Part shown: piece by piece, positions 48,699 through 61,454 of the stretch
Position numbering within the stretch: position 1 is the first letter of the stretch
Layout of the letters: each line of letters begins with the position of its first letter
Source of the DNA: Paramoeba atlantica
Taxonomy: Eukaryota; Protista; Discosea
Direction of reading: 5' to 3'
Assembly (NCBI GenBank): GCA_977017575.1
Contig: CDRNVI010000151.1
Location: forward strand, 103,657-167,656
Length of the DNA stretch: 64,000 bases
The notes under the pieces: generated by a model
Told to the model about the DNA's origin: nothing
Database searches by the model: none
The model's input: the letters and a program-made list of their open reading frames with translations, nothing else
Program-made: the position numbers and the translations under genes

Positions 48699-51600
48699 AT
48701 GAAGCTTGTGGGGAAGAATATTACTGAGAAAGATGGGTCTGGATCCATTACTATCATCCCTTTGGTTTGTTTTTTGTTCTTTTGTGTTTTTTTATTCTTT
48801 TTTGTATTTTGTTTTTTGTTCTTTTTGTTTTGTTGTTTTGTTCTTTTCTTGTTTTTTTTGTTGAATTTTTTGAAAAAGATTCGAAATCAAATGATCTCTT
48901 TTTCTTCTTTTTTTCTTTTCTTTTTGTTTATTGATTCTTTTGTCCTGTCAATCATAATAATGAGAAGAATGAATAAGAATGAATAAGAATGAATAAATAA
49001 GAATAAGTAAGAATGATAACTAAAAAAAATGATAAATAGTTAATAAGAAGAATAATTAATAAGAGTAAACAATAATAATGAGAAATAATTCAGAAGAATA
49101 AATAATATAAACTGAAGTAGCAAGAATAAATAATAATAACAATGACAAATAATTAATAAGAGTAATTAATAAGAATAATTAAGAAGAATAATTAAGAAGA
49201 ATAATTAATAGATAATTAATAAATAATAAAAATAAATAATTAATAATTAAAAAATATTAATAGGATCCAGAGGATTTGTGGCATGTTTTTCAGTTATTGA
49301 GTGTTGGAGATCGTTTGAGAATGAAGACTGAGAGAAGAGTTCAAAAGGAATCTGTTACTGGTCAGTTTGATAATGAGGTTTTTTTTTCTTTCTTTCTTTT
49401 TCTTTTTTTCTTTTTTTTTTTTTCTTTTTTTTTTTCTTTTTTCTTTTTTCTTTTTTTCTTTTTTTCTTTTTTATGTTTTTCTTTTTTTTTTGAAAGAAGA
49501 TTTGTTTTTTCTTTTGTTCTTTTTCCTTTTGTTGTTGTTGTTTTTTTTTTTTTGACTCTTTTGAAACAGAGAAAACTCATTACTTTGACGATTCAAATTA
49601 AATCTGTTAAATTTGAACCAGGATCTCAGGTTTCTCTTTCTCTTTCTCTTTCTCTCTTCTTCGCTTGTTTTCTCGATTCTTCTTTTTTCTTTGCCTTTCC
49701 CCTTTTCCTTTCTCTTCTCTTCTTTTAACTTCTACAAATAGGAAATTCGAGTGAGTGGGAGAAATGCGGAAGAAAATAAGTTTGTTAAATTGGGAGGCCA
49801 CCACACTCACACAATTATTTTTAATAAAAAAGCCACAATCATAAAGGTTTGTTCTTTTATTTTTTATTACAAAAAAAAATATTTTATTTTGCAGATTTAT
49901 CATTCAAAATAATTATTCATTATTCTTAAAAATTATTATTCTTTTTATATTATTATTATTCATTATCAAAAAAATATAAATTTATGATAAAAAAAAAATT
50001 GTTCTTTATTTTACAGGAAGTTTGGGATCAAGTCTCGTTGGAGAGGTTAGATGAAGCATGTAATCCTGTTCGCTCTGCTGATACTGGGATTGTTATTATG
50101 GAAGAGGTCCCTTTCTTCTCTCTTAATCTTCTCTTTCTTTTTTCTCTCTTTCTTCTCTTTCTTCTCTTTCTTCTCTTTCTTCTCTTTCTTCTCTTTCTTC
50201 TCTTTGTCTTTGTCTTTCTTTCTTCTCTTATTTTATCTTTAAAGGGGTTGGCACACATTTGTTTATTGACCCAGAATCTGACAATTGTTAGAGGAACAGT
50301 CGATCTCACTATTCCTGGAAAGAGAAAGGGGAGAGAAACTGGACATGCCAAAGCTTATAATAAATTCTTTGAGGCTGTCTTACAGGTAAGAAAGAAGAGA
50401 GGAAAAGAGAAGAAGAAGAGAAGAAGAAGAAGAAGAGAGAAGAAGAAGAGATGAAAGATGAATTTTCTGTTTCTCTTTTTTTAATAAGAAAAGGAATGGT
50501 GATATTGGTTATAATAGGGAGTACTGCGACACTTTGATTTTAAGATCGTTAAATGTATTATTTTGGCTAGTCCTGGATTTGTGAAAGATAAATTTTTTGA
50601 TTATTTGAAAGCGGAGGCCACTCGCCGTGAACTCCGAGTTTGATTTTCTTCTTTCCTTCTTTCTTCCCCTTTTCTATTTCTTTTTTTTTCTTTTTTTTTT
50701 TTTCGTTCCCAAAGAAGCTAAAAGAAAGATCAGGAACTCTCAGACAATATAGGAAAATTTATTCTGTGTCATGCTTCAAGCGGACACAAACATTCTATTA
50801 AAGAAGTTCTTGCCAACCCCCAAGTTGTCAGTCAGCTCGCTGATACAAAAGTTGGTTTGTTTTCGTTTTGTTTGTAACAACCGGTCAAAACAGTCAAAAC
50901 ATTTGAAGAAGTAAGAAGAACATAAAGTACAATTGTAATTACAACACAACACAACACAACATGTTACAACACAACATATTACAACACAACATATTACAAC
51001 ACAACATATTACAACACAACATATTACAACACAACACAACATATTACAACACGACAACTAGAGACAACACAAAATAGAGACAACACCTCTTAACACCAAA
51101 CCCCACCCAACATTAACTTAAATCATCAAAAAAAAACAACAGCGGCAGAAGTAAAGACATTAAAAGAGTTCTTCAAAACTTTGAGCGAAGATGAACATCG
51201 AGCAACTTATGGAAAAAGGCAAGTCTTTCGAGCTGCAGAAGCCAAAGCAATTCAACATCTTCTTCTTGTTGGTTTGATTTTGTTTTGGTTCTTCATATCT
51301 TTTCTTTCATTTTTTCCCTTTCTTTCTTCTCGGAGCGATCCTCAAACAACTCCACACAGATGACATCTTTCGAAAATGTGATGTCAAGGAAAGAAAACAG
51401 TTCATTGAGGTTCCTTCTTTCTTTCTTTCTCTTTCTCTTTTCTTGTCTTATTCTTGTTCTTTAGTTGATGGATTCGGTCAAAGAGAGTGGTGGTGAAGTT
51501 CGGGTCTTTTCAGCACAGCACGTTTCTGGGTTCTTGGCTTTTTTCTTTTCTTTCTGTTTTTCTTTTTGTTTGTTTCTTGTTGGTAGTTTGATGTTGTGTT

Positions 51601-51816
51601 CATTGGTGTTATTGGTTATTATCAGTTTTTTCTTGCACCGATGATTAAACTCCGACAAACAGAGAATCGTTATCCAAGTTCTCAGGGATAGCAGCAATCC
51701 TTCATTTCCCCTTTCCTGATGAAAGAGAAGAAGACATCGAAAGTGAAGAGAACCTTTCTTTTCTTGATGATGACGAAGATGAGTTTGTCATCAACTGTCC
51801 AGATGAATTTGAGTGA
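48699..51816 (+). CDS. PELO: Pelota/Dom34 ribosome rescue factor, multi-exon
   Basis: MKLV..EKDGSGSITIIP|EDPEDLWH..VGDRL...RRVQKE, RVSGRNAEENKFVKLGGHHT, WDQVSLERL, GLAHICL, IPGKRKG, GIAAILHFP. Confidence 0.9.
50152..50205. repeat. (CTTCTCTTT)x6 intronic tandem repeat
   Basis: Six exact 9-mers inside a Pelota intron. Confidence 0.9.
50941..51053. repeat. 15-bp minisatellite (ACAACACAACATATT)n in a Pelota intron
   Basis: Four exact tandem units (50966-51025) flanked by variant units. Confidence 0.9.
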
Positions 51817-52144
51817 GGAAAGATAGACCATGAACACGAAGCATTCCAAACTTTGGAAATTTTGAAAGAAGAGAAAAAAAGAGAAAAGAATAATTTTGAT
51901 GAATCAATTGTTTTAATAATATTAAAGTCATTTTGGAAGGACTGAGTTCAAAACAAAAGAGACTCGAGTCACAAAATCGACAATTTTTTGTTGTTGTTTT
52001 TGTTGTTGTGGTGAGTGTGAGTCAAATCGTTTTTTTTGATCAAGATGACCCTTTTGTGGTGGTATTATTTGAAGGTATTATTGTGTGTTTTGTGGTTGTG
52101 TTTTATGGCTCTTTTGTTTTGTATTTGGGTTTGGGATTTGCTCC

Positions 52145-55100
52145 TCATACAAAGTATGGCTCTCTGATTCCGGCTTTTTGGAAGAGACTGACAAGAGCTT
52201 CAAGTCCGGTCGGGTCCAAAGCTTGTTGAACAACTCCCCCGATCTGCCAAAAATCGTGTTAAAAAGAAAAGAAAATAGGTTCAAGAAAATGAAAAAGAAA
52301 ATTCAAACAACCTTCCCTGGGTTTCGTTTCGAAAGATCACAGAGATTGTGGGCAAGGAAACCTCCTTTATCGACATCAGGAAAAGGATCAACATCCTCTT
52401 TCGCACCATAAGCCAATCTTGAAAAATTAGCTTTGTATCCTGGTGTGTCTTCGGCCTAGGCAAAGTTACAATTAGAAAAGTCCTAACTCATTACCAAAAA
52501 AAAAGGAAAAAGAAAAAGAAAAAAAGAAAAAAAAATACCTCAAAAATATCTTCGTCTGGTCGAGCTTCCTCATCACCAAAAATGAGTTTCAAGGATGCTG
52601 TCAAAGTCTCACCCCTAATAATATTTTTCGTTGTTAATATTTTTTCTCTAGAAAGAGTTTCTTTTGTTAAATAAATAAAGAGGCAGAAACAAACCAAAGT
52701 TCGAAATATTTGTCAACGATAATTGTTGAATTCGAGAGGAGCTTGGTCATTCCCACGCTACAAATTTTTCTTTCCATGAGACCACTGACAGTATGAACAT
52801 TCGAAATCCAAACATTCTTCAGAACCATTCCAAAGAGGCTATGAAAAAGAAACCAATTAAACCAAAAAAAAAAAAACAGAAAAAGACATACTCAAAAGAC
52901 AAATAAGAACAATTCACAGAGAAAATTTGAACAACAATTTTTAAGAAAAGAAAGAGAGAAAAAAAAAAAGAAAGACAAACTTGGGGTTCTCAGAAGTTAC
53001 ACTATCAATGCTTTGAATGATATTATCGGGGGTGTGCATCGCAAAGAAAAGTGAAATGAAAATGGTAAAAACACGAAGAAATTTTCCGGTTTTGCTCTTG
53101 GTCAATCGCAAAAAAAGCAAATTCCAAATGGTTGGGAGATATTTTTCAAACGCGTCCCATGGAAGATGCTGAACAATTGTTTCAAGAAGATAAAATCCTT
53201 CGTGGTCATGCAATTTGGAACCAATCAACTTTTGGAAAACGCCCAAAATTCCTTCCAAAAATTGTAAAACTTCAGCACTTCCTTTGGATTTCGTAATATA
53301 TGCTTGCAATAACCTCACAAGACCAGGAATATTACCGGTACGTTCCCAAAGAGAAGGAATCAAAAGCTTTGGAAAGAGAGATGTGTACACTGGAGAGATT
53401 GTCCCTCCTTCTGTTAATTCGAGCATCAGCGACATAATCTGGAATGTATAGGGAGAATACTCCAAAACATCCTTGGCTAAGATTGTTTGAAAACTGGGAA
53501 GAAGCATCTGTTCAAAGTTTTGGATTTTTGAGGGGTCAGCTTTTCCAATATTCTTCACAACGGCGGCGATCGACTCAAACAAATAGTGGCTAAAGGTTGG
53601 GTTTTGAGGGTTCTTCGAAACTTCAGCTAAAATATCAGTCAGTTCCTTCATGCAGATTGAAACAAACGGGAGAACATCTTCTTTTAACAAGAAAAGGACT
53701 CGCATGATACAGCGCATTGTATAGTCGTTTTCGTTGCAACTGTGATCAGAGACCCCCTTCCTCTGGTTTCGTTTGAGAACCTCAAAAGCATTTTTCAGAA
53801 TTTCGGGGACGAAATCTTTGAAATTATTGCCAATTCGGAGAGACTTGTCAGGGTTTCGAACAGACAAAAATCTTTCAATCGCTAAAGCAGCGTAAGTATT
53901 GACTACATAGTGAGGAGAACTGAGCATCTTTGAAAAAATATTCAAAAGGGGGGCGTAATACTCAGTTGGGATTTGAAGTCGAAAGTTGGTGGAAAATTTT
54001 AACGCATCTGAAGAGAAAGAAAAAAAATAAACACATGGTTATTTTTGAAACAAGAAGAGGCGAACTTAAATTTCCAAACAAAAAAATATCCACAATTACA
54101 AAACAAACATAATAAGAATAATAATAATAAAAAAAAAAAATGCAACTCACAAACCAGCTTGCAAGAGAGGATGTCCTTCTGGAAAAGCTTGTAAATCAGG
54201 TAACACATGAGACTGAAAATAATCCATAATCGGAACAAGGTCATTCGTGGAAGTAGTCCCTTGAGAGCTAGTCTGACCCTTTACAGCTAAGGCGGTAATC
54301 AAATAAGTACACACGTCCTTTTCTCTCCATAACCCTTTTGGGTCTGTCGCATAATGAGCCAATCTTTCTGTGATATTCCCAGCTAATAAATTTGTGACCT
54401 GACTCTCAAAGTACTTTCGAAGTCCTTTGACGAATACATACGAAGAACGCCTTCGAGTTTCGGAATCTGACCCTTCGATGTCCCTTCTGATGTATTCAAT
54501 TGGATTCTCGTGAAAATCTTCTTCATCTGATTGTGTAAAGAACATATTGGGAATGATAACTTGCTCACAGATTCCACGCATTGCTGATTCATTGTCAAAC
54601 AGCTTATGATTAACACCGCGACAGGCAATAGAAAGGAAAGCAATTGCTTGAGAAGCAAGTTGGTCGTATTTTCGTTCTTGATTCACCTTTGTTAATAATT
54701 TCCAAGTAGCCTGTGCAAATCCACCAATGTAATTTTCAAACTCAACATCATATTTCTCTGCGAAAAGACCGATCGATTGGCAAATGACGGCTTGGAGTTT
54801 AAAAAGAAGGCCTGGTTTATCGTCATCGTCTGGATGTTCAAGGAGGACATCTGTAAGAACAATCAAATAAAAAGTTAGAAACAGGGGGTTATTAGTGTGA
54901 AGGGAGGTAAAATTTGAAAAAAAATATTGTTTTCTGCTTCTGCTTCTTTGATTTCTTTCATTTTTTTTTTCCAAATTCATTTTTCTCTTTGCCTTTTTTT
55001 CCATTTTTTTAAAAAAAAAGAAACAGCATACCAAGATTGGTTTCAAACTCCAAGTAAGCGAGAAATAACGTCATCCATTCCTTCAAGTGATCCTCAAAGA

Positions 55101-56356
55101 ATTCAGGAATATCCACAAAATTAAGAGAGAAGAAAATTTTAGCGATATAAACGAGAGCTTTAAACCCATAAACTACTTGCTCTGGTTTTTCTCGATTTTC
55201 AAGGACGAATTGGTGCATTTTCATGAAAATTTCGAGGAGGGGTTGTTGAAATGACTCAAGGATTGCTTTGAGTTGAATCAAAATTTCGTCAGATTTAAAT
55301 TGATTTCGATAATGCTTTGTTACTGCATGGGCGATATGGAGAGCACTGACAATGTGTTCAAGTGACTTGCATGTTTCGACAATTTGAGGAAGAAGTCCTG
55401 GCCAGTTCAGGGGGAAATCATCTGTTACCAAAAAAAAAAATCATTCGGAGTTGTAAAAAAACAAATCACAAGGATTCTCTGAAAAAACAAAAAACAAAAA
55501 AGAAAAAAAGAAAAAGAGAAGAAGGTCTTCAGCACTCGGGATTCGAATGTGGTCACCCACCATTCTACTAACCGAGCCCACAGCTGCTTAACTTCCGAGT
55601 TCTGATGGGATCGGGTGCTTTCAACTGGGTATGACCGAAGACATACTCTCTCTCTTTTTTTGAACCATTTTATAGGAGAAGTTCAAAAGGAAAAGAAAAG
55701 GGAGAAAAGGGAGAGAAAGAAACGAAAGGAAAATTGGGAAAAAAAAAAGAAATTTCATACGAAGACCAATCTCAACAATAGATTCTTGAAAGAGCTTTTG
55801 AATTTGGGGGGGAGTAAAGAGAGCCAACTCCAAGATCGAAGACTACAAAATCAAAAAAAGAAAGATTGAAAAAGAAAAACTCAAAAAAGAAAGAACAAAG
55901 AAAAGAAAAAAGAAAGAGAAAAGAGAAGAAAAGAGAAGAAAAGAGAAAATATTTAAAAACCTTGATTTGCTCCCGTTCCTCAGGAGAGAGAGGATCTCTC
56001 TGGGTCTCATCAGAATGGACCCAAATATGTTTGATTGTGTTTTTAAATTGAATAGCAGCAGATTGTCTGACAACCATCGAAACATTTCCATCAAGAAAGA
56101 TTTTTCTTAAAAAATCAAGATAACCAGGTTGGTTTCGAAATTGGAGGAGTTGTTCTTCAGCTGTTGTTGTTGAAAAAGGAGAGGAAAGAAAAGGAGGGGA
56201 AAGAAGGAAAAGGAAAGAAGAGTCAATCAAAAGGAAGAGGATTTTTGCTTTTTTTTTTCCACAAAAGCAATCAAAAAAAAAAGAAAAACCATTTTTTCTT
56301 TGTGCTGCATCAAGTGAAAGCGATAATTCGAGATATTTTGGGATCTCCTCGGCCAT
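52145..56356 (-). CDS. CSE1: Exportin-2 / CSE1 (importin-alpha re-exporter), multi-exon
   Basis: IBN_N AEEQL..RQSAAIQFKNTIK, IGL|HDFPLNWPGLL, LVYIAKIFFSLNFVDIPEFFED, ENPIEYIRRDIEGSDSETRRR, WERTGNIPGLVRLLQAY, GYKANFSRLAY; ends REPYFV*. Confidence 0.92.
55511..55515 (-). terminator. Pol III oligo-T terminator of the 5S gene
   Basis: T5 run about 9 nt past the 5S 3' end, followed by further T runs. Confidence 0.6.
55524..55642 (-). rRNA. 5S rRNA gene, nested in a CSE1 intron
   Basis: The reverse complement reads GTCTTCGGTCATACCCAGTTGAAAGCACCCGATCCCATCAGAACTCGGAAGTTAAGCAGCTGTGGGCTCGGTTAGTAGAATGGTGGGTGACCACATTCGAATCCCGAGTGCTGAAGACC (119 nt). Eukaryotic 5S signatures CCCGATC, AACTCGGAAGTTAAGC and GGTTAGTA are present, and helices I, II, IV and V pair. 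Confidence 0.95.
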
Positions 56357-56478
56357 CTTCTTTGTTTGTTTGTCTCCTTCTCTCTTCTCTTTCTCTCGAG
56401 ATCTCGATTTGTGAGGGTGTTTGTTGGTTTTTTCGTTTTTTAGCGAAATTGAACGTTTCCAGAATTTTTCAAAAAAAA

Positions 56479-56486
56479 TGACGTCA
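56479..56486. promoter_or_regulatory. TGACGTCA palindrome between divergent CSE1 and LIM genes
   Basis: Perfect palindrome 123 bp upstream of the CSE1 ATG. Confidence 0.45.
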
Positions 56487-57104
56487 CAAAACGGTCTTTC
56501 GGAATAGAGATCTAAATCTAGATCGAAAACAAACCGGATCAGCCACAGGAACAAAACAGACAACAAAGAGAATGAAATTTCATGATTTTGAGAACTCTTT
56601 TTGTAAAACAATAAAAACCCAATTTTCTTTATTCTTTTGTACTTTTTTGGAGGAGTGTGTTCTTTGAGAAAACTGTTCAATAAAAAAACGAAAAGCGTTT
56701 TATCTTTTTGGTTTTTTTTTGTTTTGTTCCTTCTTCCTTGAAAATTACAGATAATTTTGATGGGAAAGTAAATTTTATCCAACAAACTTTTTTAAAAGTT
56801 GCTTTGAATCGCAAGTTTCATCGAAAACGACAAAAACACAAAAAACTATTTTGCGGTTGTTTAAAACTCATTTTACCCAAAAAAAGGAAACAGAGGTTTG
56901 GGTACGTCACGCACTCTTAATTGTACCCTAATTTCAGAAAGAAGGGTTGAAGGAAAAAATATAAAAATTTTATGAGAGGAAAACTCATACAAAATAATTT
57001 GGCTGGTTCGCACCGCTCATGGGCATTTTTGCCCTCAGAGCTGACACTCTTTTCTTTTTTTTGTGTTCTTGTGTTCTGAAAAGAAGCGAACTCATCTTCA
57101 CATA

Positions 57105-57413
57105 ATGTCTAACCCTAAGTGCACTATCTGCGAGAAGACCGTCTACCCCCTCGAGAAAATCCCTGCGGGTGAGAAATTCTACCACAAATGGTGCTTCAAG
57201 TGCGCTGAGTGCAACATTACTTTGAACCTCCAAACCTTCAAGGCTGTTGGCGGAAAAGTGTACTGCTTCCCTCACACCCCTGTCGACCGATCCTCCACCT
57301 CCAAAGACTCCGTCTCCGTCCAGAAGGCTGTCAACGCCCCCAAGAAGGTCACCGAGAGTCTCGGAACCGTCCAAAAGGGAACCGGAGAAGTCCCCTCCCA
57401 GGGATTGTTTTAG
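57105..57413 (+). CDS. Single-LIM-domain protein (LimE/LASP-like), 102 aa
   Basis: CTICEKTVYPLEK..YHKWCFKCAECNITLNL..GKVYCFPHTP. Confidence 0.9.
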   Translation: MSNPKCTICEKTVYPLEKIPAGEKFYHKWCFKCAECNITLNLQTFKAVGGKVYCFPHTPVDRSSTSKDSVSVQKAVNAPKKVTESLGTVQKGTGEVPSQGLF

Positions 57414-57602
57414 ACAGACAAGAAATCAAAAAACAATGAGAAATAAAAATATCACCGCTTGAAAAACATTGAGTGTTCAAAACTTTCACCCATTTTTCTT
57501 TCTTTCTTTCTTTTCTGATCTTTTTCTCTGATCTTTTTCTCTGATTGTTTGATTGCTCTCAATCTGAATGAAAGGGAAAAAAAAAACTTGGATCAATTCT
57601 TT

Positions 57603-57818
57603 TTATTCCCTCTGACTGAATTGATGAATGTTTTTGATAACTTCAGGGAGAAAAGGTCTTGAACCCGGGTTCACATTTACCATTTTCAAAATAAATTCTT
57701 TGAATTCTGATGAGAACTGGCCGACTTCGGGAAATGAAGTGATTCCGCTGAGTACGGCCAGACTCACGCTCCCTTTTTTGTGTTTTTGTTCAGCGGAATT
57801 TTTTGTTTACTCTTTCTT

Positions 57819-57855
<37 letters not shown>

Positions 57856-58942
57856 TCTCTTCTTTTTAAAAATATTCAAACTCACCTTGGGAAGAGTGGA
57901 ATGCAAAGTTTTGAAATGCCATAAAGTATAAGAGAGTCCCTAAACCCCAAACATCAGTTCTTTCGTCAAGTTCAAGTCCAGGTCGAATGTCAAAGAGTTC
58001 GACAGGACGACATGAGGGGGTAATGTGGGTTTCTGCCTCTTCTTGTAGTATCGCCGCATCTGATTTACTGGAAACTTTGATTCGAGCTGCCGAAACAGAA
58101 CCAAAATCCATAATGAGGCATTGAGGAGTCGGATCAGAGGTTAAGAGAACGTTGGCTGCTTTGATGTCTCGAACTGCCAAAGGGGGATCACGTGAATGAA
58201 ACTGAAAAGAGAAGAAAAAGATTGTCAAAAAAAAACAAACAAACAAAGAGGAATCCTTTCGATTCAACGAAGGAAGAAAGAAAGCGCACCAACCTCTAAG
58301 ACACCCTCGCATATTTGGAGGAAAAGTTGGAGGACTTCTTTTTCTGTGAAAGTTTGTTCTTTTTTGGTGGATGAAAAAAGAGAGGAGTTAGTTGTTAAAA
58401 AAAATAAAAACTTTTTCAAAAGAGAAAAAGACTACCTTTCGCTTTCAATTCATTCACTAAATCATGTAGAGTCTTTGGATACGAATGAAAAAGGAGGTAA
58501 ACTTCATTCCCAATCGAACGTTGTGTTGGGCAAATGTGATAGTCAAGAAGTCTGAAATCAAAACAATCTAAGACTTCTCAAATAATTATTGTATTTTTGT
58601 TGTTGTTGATTTCAAAAAAAAACCTGAGAATATGTTTGTGATCTTCTTTTGAGAAGAGTTGATAAATTTCAATTTCATGTTTTGCTGCAGTAAGTTGCTC
58701 TTCCTAAAAAAAAAATCCCCCAAGAATCAAAAAACAAAAAATCAAAAAAATCCATTTTTGAAGAAGAATCAAACCTCTTGGCAAATGAGCCTTTTGACAG
58801 CATAATCCTTGGTCGAAGAACGAGAATCACTTGCTCGAAAAACAAACGAAAACCCTCCTTCAGCAATCAGCTCGTGAATTGTCACTGGACCATGATTTGG
58901 AAATGGGATGACGTTTGATCCACCAGACAAACACCCTCCCAT
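57603..58942 (-). CDS. NAK-family Ser/Thr kinase (STK16/MPSK1-like), multi-exon
   Basis: MGGCLS (myristoylation/palmitoylation-type start), IAEGGFSFVF..YAVKRL, PLAVRDIKAAN, MDFGS, ERTDVWGLG, GSVSLAVLSG. Confidence 0.8.
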
Positions 58943-59148
58943 TTTTTCAACCTCTCATTTGTTTCGAGAAAACACAAAAGGAGGAAAACACTGGGAATTG
59001 CCAAGAAAAAAAAGAAAGACTTTTCAGCGATGCAAAATTACAAAAAACGTTGAATTTGACCTTGCAAAATCACTCTCTCTAATTTTTTTTTCGTTTTTTC
59101 CTTTTCTTTCGACGGTTTGGTTTTGTGTTTTTTTCTTGGTGGTTGGGA

Positions 59149-60594
59149 ATGGCTTCCGAAGTTCGTACTCATTCTTTGACTGGACCAACGTTAAATGAAG
59201 TTCGAGAAGCTTTTGAACGTTTGGATCCTTCTCTTGTGGAACAAATTGTTCTTATGATGTATGGTCAAAAGTCCAAAATGTATTCAAAGGTCTTTCTTTT
59301 CTCTTCTCTTCTTTCTTTCTTTCTCTCCAAATTTCTTTCTCTTTTTCGTTTTTGATCTTTCTTCTTTTTTTGTTTCTGTTGTCCCTTTTACCAACCAAAA
59401 AAACAAAAAAAGGATCAAAAAGCTATGATCAACTTATTAATGCAAGGAGTTATTCATATCTGTGTTTCATTACTTGTTGGTTCAATAAGTCCAACTGATT
59501 TTCCTTCTTTTGCTGAAACACTTGAACTGTCCTCTTTGGGACAATCTCAAGAAACACTTCGAGAGATGAAAGGTGTTTCTCTTTTTTTCTGAAAGAAAAA
59601 GAAAGAAAAAGAAAGAAAAAGAAAGAAAAAGAAAAAGAAAGAAAAAGAAAGAAAAGGGGAGAAAAGGGAGAAAAGGAAATGAAAACAAAAAAAGTTGTAT
59701 TCATTTTTTTTTTTTTTTTAATTTTCCAGCTAAAATTCTTTCGATGGGTGTTGGTGAATTTTTTGAAACAAAACTTGATTCTTCAAAGCTCGAGTATTTA
59801 CACTCTCTTTTCAAACTTCCTGAAACCAAAGATATTCAACGTATCCAGGTTTGGGGATTTCATTTTCACTTTCTTTTCTTTTCTTTTCTTTTTGGAAGGG
59901 GTGTGGATAAAAAGAAATTAACATTTTCATTCCAGATTGTTGATGAACTTTTGCTGAGAGGAGTTCAAAGAACCCTTGATTTCCTTTCTGTTCCACTTTT
60001 AAAAGAAATTGCATCAGATAGTAAATTTAAGGGACCGAAGTCCATTTTGGTTATTTTTTTCAAATTCCTTTCTCTTAATTGTGCCACAAAATTTCTCAAG
60101 AGTTTATTCTAAAAATTTAAATTTGAGATCTTTTTTAAAGAGATTACCTCATTCTCATTTTATTTTTATTCAAGGTTGATCGAATTCTCCAAATATTTTT
60201 TCAACTCCGTCCTCTGACAGAAGAAGAGGGAACACCCACAACCAAGAAACGAAAAAGGGGTCAATCTGGAGAAGCAACACAAGCACAAACACCACAACCA
60301 CCAACCAAGTCAAGAAGAAGACAATCGAAAGCTTCTGATTCCGAAGATGGGTCAGAAGAAGAAGAAGGGCGAGAGGTTGGAGTTTTACCTGATGGTACAA
60401 TTCCTGGAACTGAAGTTTGGACACTTGATCGTCTTGTCCCTGGTTTGAATCAAACAACAATCTTCACACATTATAATATGATTGATCTTAAGGCTTTTTG
60501 TAAAAAGCATTCGATTGCTCCTACTGGGAAGAAAAGTGCTGTGATTAAGCGTATTCTTCAATATTTTGACAGTCAAGAAAAAGGGAAAAGTTAA
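59149..60594 (+). CDS. Hypothetical protein with C-terminal SAP/HeH-like motif, multi-exon
   Basis: Last exon ..YNMIDLKAFCKKHSIAPTGKKSAVIKRILQYF..; a basic NLS-like stretch KKRKR precedes it. Confidence 0.5.
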
Positions 60595-60812
60595 CAAGAG
60601 GATTTTGTTTCTCTCTCCAACATTTTTTTTTTTTTCAACAATAGTGTCAACTCAATTTGTATTTTGTTTCACTAACTAAAAAATGTAAATAATATCTCTC
60701 TGATTTCTCTCTGATCACACCAACAACAACCATAATTTGTTCAAATTTTTTTTGGGAGAATTTTTTTTGTTCAAAAGAGATTGAGAGAAAAGAAATTCAA
60801 GAGGGTTTTTGA

Positions 60813-61454
60813 TTACAACGGAAATAAAACAGATGCAAAGATTTCATACCCCCTTCGGTTCAAATGAACTTCATCATCGAAAAGTGCTTTGATTTGTTTT
60901 GGGGGTGGGCCTTTTGAAAATGTCCTTTCTTGAAAGTCATAAACAAAAACATCTCTCTTTTTCATTTCAATCCGTAAGTATTTCGAAAAATCAATACAAA
61001 CCGAAACAACTTGTTCTTCTGTCAGTTTTTTCACTTTTTTACTTGCGACTGGTGTATCTGTCACTTCCACTACAACACCATCCCCAACCTCTTTCTTTAC
61101 CAAATCGACAAGAAACCCAACTTTCTCAGCAACTACTTGCGGCTTTTGTCCATTTGTAATATTATTTCCACCAGCCACAATAACAACCTTCTTCAAATTG
61201 GGAGAATGGCCAAAGAGTCCCTGTTCGACACGCCAAACCATATGTTCAACTTGATCTCCTCCAACACCAGCAACAGCAACTTTTCGAGGAAGAAGTCCTT
61301 TCCCAGTTGTTAAGAAACGTTCAAAATGAGAAGATCCAAACAAGATTGTTTCCACATCTTGGTTCGTTTTCAAATCTTCGATATGTTTTGTATGTGTCTC
61401 GGAAGTTCTGGGACGTGTTTTGCCAACCAAATTGATACCTTGAGCAGCTGCCAT
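60813..61454 (-). CDS. SGNH/GDSL hydrolase (PAF-acetylhydrolase Ib-like), single exon
   Basis: LFGSSH (nucleophile Ser), GVGGDQVEHMVWRV, AGGNN, DEVHLNRRGY. Confidence 0.85.
   Translation of the reverse strand: MAAAQGINLVGKTRPRTSETHTKHIEDLKTNQDVETILFGSSHFERFLTTGKGLLPRKVAVAGVGGDQVEHMVWRVEQGLFGHSPNLKKVVIVAGGNNITNGQKPQVVAEKVGFLVDLVKKEVGDGVVVEVTDTPVASKKVKKLTEEQVVSVCIDFSKYLRIEMKKRDVFVYDFQERTFSKGPPPKQIKALFDDEVHLNRRGYEIFASVLFPL

Noticed and set aside
50776-51057. Cys-rich CCVVI-repeat ORF on the minus strand
   Set aside because: Translation of the 15-bp intronic minisatellite inside Pelota.
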